From: Cirrosporium novae-zelandiae
Taxonomy: Eukaryota
Length of the DNA stretch: 64,000 nt
Assembly (NCBI GenBank): GCA_026023565.1
Contig: JAPETS010000041.1
Span: 186,001 to 250,000 of the forward strand
Reading direction: 5' to 3'
The position numbers and the translations under genes were made by a program. Shown here piece by piece: positions 24,796-36,294 of the stretch. Position 1 is the stretch's first letter. Each line of letters opens with the position of its first letter. Below the pieces are notes generated by a model. That model was not told the origin of the DNA. It worked only from the letters and a program-made list of their open reading frames with translations, and searched no databases.

Positions 24796-25317
24796 CTATA
24801 AGCTCAGTCGGTCCAGGCTTAACCGATCAATACTCCTATGTCTCGTGACCATCCCTAGTTGATAGTACTTCTCCTCTCCCGTTGCTGTCCTTCCTCCGAT
24901 ATACCACTTCTCTGCTCCCAACGCATCTCGAAATCCACCTTCGCTCGAACTATCTGACTCACGTCGATGTCGTGGCCCTGGACCTGCTCCTAATGGTGAT
25001 GCTGGTGAGCGAGAGAGAGGTGATGTAGATTGTTGGCGGGTATGCTGGAGGTGGTTTGATGTCTGTGTTTGCATGGTGGTGGTAGCATTTTGAGGTTGAG
25101 AGTTTGTTTTTCTAGTGGCGATGGTCCGGGGGTTTGAGCTGGATGAAGCAGATGATGATGAGGCTGCAGCTATGGATGCTGATGTTGAGAGTTGTGAGGT
25201 TTGTGTTCTTGGTGATTGACCGGGGGATGCGGATGTGGTAGTTGCACTATAGGCAGAGGAGGAGTGTGCTCGAAAAGTAGCAAGGAAGGTTGCCAGGAAA
25301 GGTCTGTTGGTAGGCAT
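24796..25317 (-). CDS. Small Ser/Thr-rich hypothetical protein, 173 aa
   Basis: ATG-initiated ORF; ordered-looking ends (MPTNRPFLATFLATFRAH; EKWYIGGRTATGEEKYYQLG...DRLSL) around a low-complexity middle; resembles Pezizomycotina hypothetical proteins (from memory). Confidence 0.75.
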   Translation of the reverse strand: MPTNRPFLATFLATFRAHSSSAYSATTTSASPGQSPRTQTSQLSTSASIAAASSSSASSSSNPRTIATRKTNSQPQNATTTMQTQTSNHLQHTRQQSTSPLSRSPASPLGAGPGPRHRRESDSSSEGGFRDALGAEKWYIGGRTATGEEKYYQLGMVTRHRSIDRLSLDRLSL

Positions 25318-27140
25318 GACGGAGAGGATGAAGATGGTAGGTATGAGGGAAAGTTAATGGCCTTTCTTGCGAGCAAGCTAACAAGGCTAGGATTTACAGC
25401 CCTTATCCTACTTCAATATTCCGAGAGTGGATGGCTATGGAGAAATATGTTTCAGGATACTCTTATTCAAATTTTGAAGAGTTTTCCGGTCCGGTTGCTG
25501 ACAAGACGTAAAAACTGTTTCCGGATATTGTCTTGTTTGCAAATATAGATGCTGATAGATGGTCAAGGAAAGGCTATCAATGTTCAGTAAATATCTCCGG
25601 CGTATAACACTTCGATACCACTGGGATAGGTGGGTATTGTGTGAGGTGTCAGCGACGAGGCAAGTCTTTGGGATTGTTATTCAGTGGCAGGCAGGCCAGG
25701 GCTATAAAAGTCGGATAGGCGCGGTATTATCAACTTATGGAAGAATTCAGGTCATGGGAAAGACGTTTGTGGGTTTGGGGTATGGGCGGCAAACAGATTG
25801 TGGGGAGATGAAGATGGCTATGGAGTAATGGACCGTAGATGGCATAGGCACAGGAAGGAGCGAGTCTGGGACGCTGGGATACTCATCCCACAGTCGCCCA
25901 CATTCGCTAATATTCGCCGTTCTCGTGAAAACTCGGAGTTGGCAGGCCAAAAATAGCTTAGCGTCTAATTTAAGGCTTCCTCTGGCTCGGCTGAGCATAA
26001 CTGCCGCCATCCGATGGGGAGCCTTAGAGAGCCTGAGGCCTGCCAAGACGTACCAGACTTCCGTCCTTCCGTCTATCTGGTTCGCTCTCGTCCACTCACA
26101 TTTCCTCTTTGTATTCATTACTAACAACCCAGATTAGGTCTACACCCCGACTATGACGGTCGACTCGACCCGGAAGCCTTCGGATCTCGGGTATTGATAA
26201 TTGTCGGCCTTTGGTTGATGGATTTCACCCCCCCAGAATAGTCCTCCCCCCGCCTAAAAGCTGTTCCCCACGCCAAGTGCATCGAGGGTCCGAGGCATAA
26301 TGCACATGCAGGGGAGAAGGAGTAACGGATCGAAATATACCACGAACACATTATAATCGTCCTTTTATATAACTTTTCATTGAATTTTCATTCGTCGTCG
26401 GGATGGATAAATCCCCGTCACTATCACTACCTCAACCGATCCCCCCGCCAACCACAGGCCTCCCACTTCATCGATTTGTCTAACCATCAGAAATTAATAA
26501 AGCAGCAGGTCACCACCTGCCAATCCTCCTCCGAACACAATCAATTCTATCCTGCATGCAGAATGGCATGCTGTCCAAGAAAAAAAAACGCCTCGCAATG
26601 CTTCATCTCTCAAATCTGTTCTATGCACTAAAACCCCATCTATCTAGCCTTTGCACCCATTCTATGCATCATTCAGCCGTTTTGAAGCCCAAGCAGCGAG
26701 AAGAAGAGGAATGATAATAAACAGTAGAGTCATATGCAGTGAAAACAAGAACACATATGTGCCAGCCAAACGCTCCGCCCTAATGCAATGGTTTGATGTC
26801 GTCGGCGAAAATGGTGGGTCTATATTTAATCGTCGAGTGAAGAAGGTAGTCATCAAGCATATTCGGCGGAATCATCCTGTTCTATGTGCAACTCAATGTA
26901 CTGGTATCTGTCGGAACCGAGAAAAGTCGTTAAATTTGTACGGGTAAAAGTACGTCCATGCGTCATCATTGGTAAGAGGGAGACGTCTGTTGACAAAGCA
27001 AGCCCATCATGTTTCGAACCAAAAAAACAATAGGTGATAGGTAATGTGGAAAGTATCATCATATCGGTCATAAAGGGTTGACAAAATACAAACACGAACC
27101 AGATGGCCTTTTCATTGTCCGTTGAATGCAGTGTTTTGAA

Positions 27141-30100
27141 TCACATTATGCTTCCGCTCACAGGAGGCGTCGGTATCGTCTGGACACCACGAATTGGCGA
27201 ATCAATTTGCTCATTGATAGGTTTAAACAGCATCTTCATATCAAGGGTTAGATCCTCAATACCATACGAAGAATCAATATCTCCAACAGATCCGATATCC
27301 TCTCCACGATTTACATTGTCTTGAGCAACCCAAGAGCGCACGTATTTGAGTGTTTGCATGACCTGCATGAACCTTGAGTCTGGTGGCGATTGGACATCAC
27401 TCGGTTTACCATATTTCAGGAAATAGAGAGCAAGCCAAAAGAAGTGATGACCGTCGCGACAAAAGCCAAAACGCCGTGGATGTGCAACGGAGGGAGGGTA
27501 CTGTAGCGCCATGTCTTGATCCCAGAATGACTTCCATTTTTGTAAGGCTTGTGGGAGAAGCTTAGTGATCTGATATTGACCGGGAGGGTTCATACTTGGA
27601 CTGTCAGCAGGGGTACCTGGGCCACTATTTGTGCGACTTCCACCATTGGCGGATAACCAGTCATTTTGCGAAGTAGGCGTATGCGGATTGCTTCCAAGCC
27701 CTACATTATCGGCCAGGCCCATTCCACTTCCTGGCAACAGTGATCGCTGGGCTAGCCATAAACGAACGAGTAATGCATGTATGAGGATAAACTTGGAGTG
27801 CACGTTTGTGCAACGTGGCTGGAGATCCCATGTAGGGTGTAGTAACACGTTGAATGCTTCATGCATCTCGGGCTGTTTGACCCGTCTACTACCATTGGCA
27901 TTAATCCGATGAGCCTGTTCACCATTCAGTCCCAAGGCATTTGCACATTCTTGGGAGGATCTTGCATCCCAAGCAGCATCATCGGCGGGTAACGGAAGCT
28001 CTATCTGCTTGGGGTCAAAATGTGGAGGCGAATTGAAATAGAGAACGCATGCAGTGTCAGAAAGATATAACTGGAACATAAGTCTGGAACGCTTTTCCTG
28101 TTCAACCCAGGCTAACCAATCCCAGTTAGCAGGATTCATGTCCTGCTGCTGAAGGGTAGGCTGATGGAGACGGCTAAAAGTTGGACCTTCACCTGGTTTG
28201 ACAGGTTTAAACAAACCAAACTTCCTCGCAATACGCGGGAAATGGAAAAATTGGGATCGCGCATGGGCACGCTGGGTGGGGTTTCCATGCCACATAAACA
28301 TAATCTGGATTAAAATCATGGCTTGAACCTCTTCAAAGTCTGAAGGAAGCATTGGAGCTGATGCACGAGCTTCAGGCTTATCGAGGCTAACGTCAGCATC
28401 TACTGCACGGAATACTTTGGAAGTACGTTGGATTGAATCTTTGGCGTGCTGCATCAAATCACGTACTTGTGCAGGAAGCACTCGGTTCGAATAGACAGCT
28501 CCAACGCAAACAAGAGCCATGATGAGACCATCATAGGCAAGTAAGAAATTGAAAGTTGGCATATGCATAAAAGGCCAATGGCCCTGGAAATTCGTAAACA
28601 TTTCGATAAAGTGTTTGAGGGAATCGGCTGTCAACAGGCTTTTGAGCTGGTTGACAACATTGGGGTCTGTGCTCGTAGAGGGACAGCAGAACTCGATCAG
28701 ATGGTCGACTTTGGTTTGAAGGGGATCGTTCTGAGATAGATCGAGATTCCAAGGGGAGAACGATCCATCAGCGCCTAGGCTTGTGGAGGGTAAGTACATT
28801 CCGTTCATGGCAATTTGGTGCTGGCCGTTATTGGCTGCCGGAAATGACCTACCAAGGGTCGTCCCGTTTTCGGCCTCGGCTGGAGTCTGCTCAGGTCCCA
28901 TGCTTGTCGAGAACATTGGGTTGATATAACCATCTTGAGTTCCCGGTTGAAACATGCCACTCCAGTCCAGCTCGCCCCCCTGTCCCGATATAGGACCCTG
29001 AAAATTCGACGGAGGTCCGTGATTTGCACCGTTTGAGTTCAAAGACGAGAGCCCAACACCCATGGTGGCGGGTGAGCCAGGCGTGGATTGATAGAAATAA
29101 GCGTTGCTCATATCAGGCGCCGAAGAGGCAGGAAACGACACGCTAGGAGGATGGTCAAGGTAAGTAGGCTGCCCCGATGGCATACCATTGACGGCAGGAG
29201 ATGGGTGAGGAAGAAATCCGTTTGTCATACCATTCATACCATTGGTTGGAGTAGACACTGTCGGCGTGCTAATATTGCTACTGCTGGCGGATTGGGAAGC
29301 AGCTGCGGCGGCTGCTTTTGATTTCTTCAGATGCGCTTGTGGGTTCGATAAATGACTGGCGCCTGTTGGGTTGCCTCTTCGCAACGAGCATTTCTGAAAA
29401 TGGCGTTTCAAAATATCACTACGCGAAAAGGTATCCTTGCAAAGAACGCACATGTACGGCCTATCACCAGTGTCTACAATCAACGGTTAGTACTAATGTC
29501 GAAAAAGCGAAGCTCAAAGGATCTTACGTCGTAGTAAATGGCGCTTGAGATGCTTAGCATGAAGATACGTCTTATTACAGTGCGGACAAGGAAACTTTCC
29601 ATCTGCATCTTTTTGGGGTATGACCGTTGTTTTTCCACCCTCGCCGTTGCCATTAATGGCAGGTCTTCCAGGAGCGCTAGGGAGAACGCCGCGGCGCCCT
29701 TGCGAGCCCACAACATGCGTACGCGGTGATTCCTGTCCAATTTGTTGAGCAGATTTAGTAAGATTTTCAGGCGAAATCCATCTGGCTGCTTGAGATGGTT
29801 CTAAAGGATTAATCGCTCCTAAAGATGGTGGCCGGAAGTCTGGAAAACGGTCCCTTGGAGGAGCAGGGGCAATTGGTTGAGAATACGGCTGCAGGGTAGA
29901 TGGCATAGACATATAACCCTGTCCGTTGGAATAGCGCTGATTTGAAGTCTGGTATAAAGGCGAAGGGACATGGCCACTCGTTGAGACTTGCGGAGCTAGG
30001 TGCGGGAAAGCACTGAGTCGACTGTTCGACAGTGTCGAGTTCGAGGGGTTTGGCCTTGAGACATTGGAGACATTGTTTGGAGGTCCTAACAAGGCGTTCA

Positions 30101-30266
30101 CGGATGTACTCGACGCGTGTGGTCCTTGCAACGGAGGCAACGTCTGAGACGCAGTAAACGGGTATTGCGGGAGGCCATGATAGTTATGAAGATCGGGATA
30201 GGAGCCTGGGCCATGAGGGTTGGTCGACGAGGTAGACAGAGTCTGGTGGTTGAGGTTGGGTTCCAT
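27141..30266 (-). CDS. C2H2 zinc-finger transcription factor with fungal-specific TF domain (RfeC-like), about 1023 aa
   Basis: Intron 29474-29527 joins CPHCNKTYLHAKHLKRHLLRH-TGDRPYMCVLCKDTFSRSDILKRH; FQGHWPFMHMPTF, EQEKRSRL, LPLPADDAAW. RfeC likeness is from recall. Confidence 0.9.
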
Positions 30267-31036
30267 AGCAGGATGAAAATTCGCACCAGATTGGACGTAC
30301 TAAACTTGTGGACCTCATCGAACTATACGCTGATGGGGCATGAAAATGTGGCGGTCGATGGAGACAGAGGAGCAAATTTTTCCGTCAGAATATCGGCCTG
30401 GTATCAAGGGGGAATGAAAATTTGAGTCTTCTGATGGGTGACTTTCAAAGCAATTCGCGAGATGTCAAGACTTTCTCGGCTGAGTGAGATCTAGGGGGGG
30501 GCGAGGATGGCAGGTTCGAAGAAGCTATGGGGCGCAGTGGATTGGGACTTGATGTAAGACTGGAGGAGTTGAGTGATGCAGGAGGTGTAAACAAGAGAGA
30601 TTAGAAAATTGAATACCCCGCCAATTTTCCACAAGGTGAGAGGTTCTGGGAGGACTATTGAGGCGTTGTTTCTGCAAGTAACCGCCGGCAAGGCAAGAGA
30701 TCTAATCAGTATCCACACAAAGAGCCGCGTGGTGGGTCCCTTTTCTTTTGGCAACGACGGGCGATCCGCAGAGAGGGTTGTAGTCTTGTAGTTAATGTTT
30801 TTTATTCCCACAATATAACCTCGATGGAACCTCCACGCAATTGTTTAACCTGGGGTCGGGAGCTATGGACGGGTCGATGTGGGATTTCAAGTGGTGATAA
30901 GTCGGAGATCGAACTTGGGGGGATATTGTTTTTTTCTGGTTGCGAAGCAACTTGACAGTCCGGAAAGGTGACAGTAGAAGAACGTGGGCGGTGGAGGGTT
31001 TGTCAGTGGGAAAAGCGTGTGTGGAAAAGGTGGGAT

Positions 31037-31052
31037 GGGGGGGGGGGGGGGG

Positions 31053-31098
<46 letters not shown>
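31037..31098 (+). repeat. Poly-G tract (G18-A-G43)
   Basis: Direct reading. Confidence 0.9.
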
Positions 31099-31099
<1 letters not shown>

Positions 31100-32251
31100 A
31101 GAATGTAGTGACCAGTAACCACTGATCACTGACTACTTGACTACTTGACCACTGGACTAGAGTAGTAGAGTTGCGGGAATAAAGTTGAGGGAAAGATTGC
31201 AGGGCGCCAGGGTAGAGTTACGGATTACAAGAGTTTAGCCCATAAAACAGTTAGGCCGCCGACGCTCAGAGGTTCAAAAAAGGGCTTGGGACCTTTTTAG
31301 AGGGATGTGAGAGGTTGATGAGTCCCCGTATGAGTCCGTCACGAACTCCGAAAACGCGGATTGACCTGCGAGGACGAAACCTGAAAGAGATGGCCAAGTT
31401 ACAGGGTTACAGTCCCTAAAGTCCACCGTCGCAGTGAGAGAGTAGACTAGTTTGCTTTTTTTTTTGTATCTTCCACTTGAGTAAATGCATTGAATCATGG
31501 AATTGCTATGAATTAATATGTAAGAAGAACAGTAGAGAGTCAACAATTCGAAAACAAGAGTTTCTGCAAGGTGGCACTGGCGTTGGCATCTTTCTCTTCT
31601 GGCACAATTTCGTAGGCTTGGGTTTAGTTGATGGTTAACTCGTTACTGTTCTCTTAGTAGTCTCAGAGTACGAATACTTGGCAGTAATTAAAAAAGCGTA
31701 ATTAATTGTCATGAGTTGTAATAGCCTGTAATAGCCTGTAATAGCCTGTAATTGGCGTCATGACCCAAGAGCTTTAATGGCTTTGGTGGCTGGCGGCGGC
31801 AGGCATGGCAAAGCATGGGCATAGCAGGCTCTCTCGGCATTTGAAATTCTACTTCACTAAGGTTTGTTTGAAATTTTCACTTTTTTTTTTATTTTTCAGG
31901 GTCGACCTCTAAGTACCTGGTACAACATGCACAAAACGCACAAACCCACCAAGACAGTTGGGAGTTGAACCAGGTCAAGAGGACCCTTTTTTTCCCTCGA
32001 TTTCTAGATGCCTATTAGAAGAATTCCCGCTCCCTCCAATACAGATGTTATCCACACATCCTCTTTTTTTTTTACTCTATTTTCTCGGTTAAGGAACCAA
32101 GGATAATATAATTAACGGCAGGGAGAAAAAAAAAAAGAAGGGACAGGAAATATGTTACGAAAAGATTAATGCACGGTAATTATTATATATCCGATCAACT
32201 TACTGGTACCATGTTTTGTTTTATTATCCTTTCCAGGTTTGAATAACTTGG

Positions 32252-32377
32252 AATAATAATAATAATAATCATAAGAATAATCATACTACTAAGAGTAATA
32301 ATAATAATAATAATTGTCATAATAATCATCATATAATCATAACCACAAATAACAATCATATTATATTAATAATAATA
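32252..32377. repeat. Degenerate (AAT)n array
   Basis: Direct reading. Confidence 0.8.
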
Positions 32378-34791
32378 CGATCATCTCCGTCTCTTTCACC
32401 CATTGTCTCGGCGGGAGCATCCGAGATGACGACAGCTTTTCATTTCTTGCAATCTGCACAGGATAGGCCGGAAATATTCCGCTGTGATTGGACGTTTGTC
32501 CCAAATTAGGCATCCCGGGACACTCGTACCAAAAAAGTTGTGATCGTCATACCTAAAGAAGTCAACTTTACCTATCACGCGCTTCACTTTGCTGCTCCTC
32601 GAAGCAACTCTCAGCTACCCAGCACATGCTGCAAATGCTGTTTTTGTAAAATTCGTCAGAATCTGTCTCAACATTGTGTGTCCCCTGGCAATCATCTCAT
32701 TTGTCTTTGGTGGAAATGTCATTGATGATGTGGATGATGAATACCAACGTATTTGATACTAAATCCCTCCTTCACAAAGGCTCAACAGTTTTTAGTTGCC
32801 ACATACTACTGTTATGGAACATAATCTGATGTTGATAGTGCAACTTTTAGTCTAAGCGTCTACTGTAAGTAGTAGGTACTTGGCCGCACGTCATTCGTAG
32901 GCTCGGCCTCGTGGAGGACAATGGCGGGTGGCGGACTTCGTCGCTTCATGTATGGCTATGGTCTACTAGTGGTCTATGAAGAAGCAGAAGAAAAAAAACA
33001 AACTCGATTACTGTCGATGTGTAAAGTGTGCGAAGTATGCAAACCTCATCCATTATGTTGTTACAGCAATGCTGCAGCACACTAGCTAACTACTCTGCTT
33101 TGCCCGATACGAGCAATACTGGGCGATTCTAGGCGATTTGAATATACAGTATGTAATAATTAATCTTTTCTCTAACCACGGAGCCAGGGACAAACAACCT
33201 TCGAGGAAGTTTCTTCGGCGCAACAGGGACAACTGTCTTCCACGTGAGCATCCATATTAAATCCTGGTTTTTAGAAAGCTTAGAAAAGAGCCAACTCATG
33301 GAAGGTTAAACTCAATTTCGAAACTACTTCTCTCCAAGCCTCCGAAGCCTTACTTTACGCCAATCAATCTCTCAATTCGCAGAAACTCCGGATAAGCATG
33401 ACTCTATACTCAACTTCCGTGCTCCAGTCTACAACTTAGAGTCCAAACCCTCAAACCCAATATCCGCCATTCCTGAGTATTATTACTGCGTGGTGAGGAT
33501 CAACTTTCCTTTCACGAGCATTGCTGGATGAAACCCGAGCTTGGTGCGAGATTTCGGCAGAATTCCGATACAAAACCTAATTCAAACTTTGTATTTGCAT
33601 AGCATAACACTGCATGAGGCAGAGAATAAAATGTTTAGTTTCCTTCTCTGGATGCATTCCATTCTAGCCGCCATCCTGCATGCACGCCAAAGAGTAATGA
33701 CAAATCATTCAAAATGATACTTGGATGCACTGATGGATGTTGCTTGTAGACAACCTCGAACCAGGGTACGACTGTATGAGGAACTCTGCAAAACAACATT
33801 GATGCCTGAGCATTCAAGGCTTAGCCTCAGGCGGAATGACAAAACGTAAACGTCAGAAATAAAAGTAAGAAAAAAAAATTTCCAATTCAGGCAAGCGATT
33901 GCTAGCCCCAACTAGCCAGGTCAAAACCTTACCATACCGCTTTTCTCTAGATATTATCCTGAATGCGCAGCAATCAAAGCCTGCCAATACAAACTTTAAT
34001 GGGTAAATACGACTGTGTGTCAGATATAGCATCACGAACATCGATCAACCTTTCTTTGATCAAGATCTGGGCCAACATACTTGATGGCGCGTCCCAACAA
34101 TCAATGTTGGCTCGGGTTGTATAATGGGGTATCCTGTCCACATCCGGCACTCTAAAAGACAGTATCAAATGGCATGTACGGGCACAGCCAGGTCTAGAAG
34201 TTGCCGTGAATAGAACATGACAGGTATGCCTAAGCTATTTACATACCGTGCAACGTATGGTTTAGCATAGATAAAAGCGGAAAATTAAACATTGCAATCA
34301 AACATGATCCTAATATATATAGTCAAAATAAAAGGTGGGTCCTTGGAAGGTTTCGGGACTCGGGCATCTTGATGCGGCTGAATAAAAACATTTTGATATT
34401 TTTTTGGATCGCATACCAAGTATAGTTTCAACGCAACCAACATGCTTACAAAAATTATATATTTCATTACCTTTGTATCAAACAGATTATACTCAGGCAA
34501 TGAACACAATTCAAGTTTCTTACCATATAACGTGACTTCAAGTACTATTTCTAGAGAAGATGCTGAAAATATTGTTGCACATGATCCTACAAAACAATGA
34601 TAAGATCCCTGAATACTGTATAAAAGTTGGTTACATACTCAATAAGTGACCAAATGCATGGTTGCTTTCTGGAGATGGGGGGGATAACTTTTTTATAGAT
34701 GTCGTAGTTTTGACATAATTTAGTTTGATTCAAGATCATAATACTATCCCCCACTTGCGAGTAGGTTGATTCCGCTCCCAAGTTTATATTT

Positions 34792-35438
34792 TTATTTCCC
34801 GTCTCCTCCAGTTGTCAATGCTAAGAGCGTCACTCCTAAGATAGCCCACCAATATCTATGCGGGGATAATTAGCAGTTACAAAAACAATATGGTGGCTAG
34901 ATACTGACTTCTGAAAGAAAGTTTTTTCAGGCTCTGTTTCAGAGACCTTGCCATCTTCATTCAAAACCACAGGTCGATTAAGATGAGGCTGTGGTGCCGC
35001 TGCAGGCTTGACTAGTTGAATTCTCAAACTATTGCTTGTCCTTCCAGTATTACTTGATACAGAAGCCTTGAAACTTGACTGTAATAGCTTTCCTTTGTCG
35101 TTCAAGGTCAATGCCAGTGTTTTTTCCAGGTTATTGTCGTCAAAGTTGTGAAGCCCAGTCGCTGTGCCGATCCATTGATTTGATTCAGCTGAATAGAAAC
35201 CTACTCGTACTAGGTCCTCCTCACCAGCTGAAGTGGCTAGATTTGGTTTATTATATTTGATAAGGGATGATTGGAGGGTTATCGGGTTGTAGGATACCTC
35301 AGCAAGAACCGAAGGAGTGGCAGCTGTGAGAGGCCACACATAGATGGTTGCAGACTGCTGCTGGGAGTCATCTGCCACAGTAAATATGTTGTTTAAAGAC
35401 AGCAGAAGAAGCAGAAAGAATGAGAAGTAGGAGGACAT
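34792..35438 (-). CDS. EMC10: ER membrane protein complex subunit 10-like type I membrane protein
   Basis: Signal peptide; intron 34856-34908 gives PHLNRPVVLNEDGKV..EPEKTFFQKYWWAILGVTLLALTTGGDGK. Confidence 0.7.
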
Positions 35439-36294
35439 GTTGAACCGAATGGGGGGGGGTTCGCTGAATTATCAAGACTTTATAGCGCGTTGAGAGGATA
35501 TAGACAGTGGACGTTGTGTTTAGCTCTTGGCAGAAGTTGGGCGGTGATCGGGGAAAATATATCCGGGCTCGGGAGTGTAAATGTACCGATATCTAATGGG
35601 CCTTAACAGTTTTTGGCTGGGTATCATTGCGTCACGGGAACTAAGTAGACACAGTAAAGTGGTTCTCAAGATCTCCGTGACCTCCGCTCCCCACATTATT
35701 CGTTGAGCAATCGAGATGGTTATTCCCATACACGCCAGACACACCATATTCCATATCTTTACTCTATATATGAGACCCGTCGGGCCGCTTTTTTGTAGAT
35801 CTTAAACTTCAATGTACCAAAGCTATTTTGTATCATTGGTAGCGATAGACGATGGAATCTTCTATGAATTTTCCGGGGACCAATTATGTGGATAATACTT
35901 CTATTTACTTCAGCTATGAGCTCCAGTTAGGGCATGTTGAGTCACTTTCCTATGGCAGAGCTATTGCCAGTCTCCTTACAGTAAAGATGGACACCGACAG
36001 AGAAGCCAGAGCCAACAGGTGACTAAGCTCGGCGGCCACGATCCTTTCAACAGCAGACAGGCTGAAAAGCTTTGCTGTCACTTGCATCCATTCACTCTCC
36101 TCTCATCTCACCACTGTCCTAGCAGGCCACATCCGGACGAAGAGCTCTTAAATTGGCCTTCTGGGGTGCCCTTTTTCAGGACAATTGAACTCCCTAAATT
36201 TATCTTTCCATTCAAAAACCTTTAGATCATACCAACACAACAAGATTGAAATCAAATCCTCAGTGCGACGTGAAATCAATCCACAGTCTACATC

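Noticed and set aside
30887..31129. Poly-Pro and poly-Gly ORFs
   Set aside because: By-products of the poly-G tract
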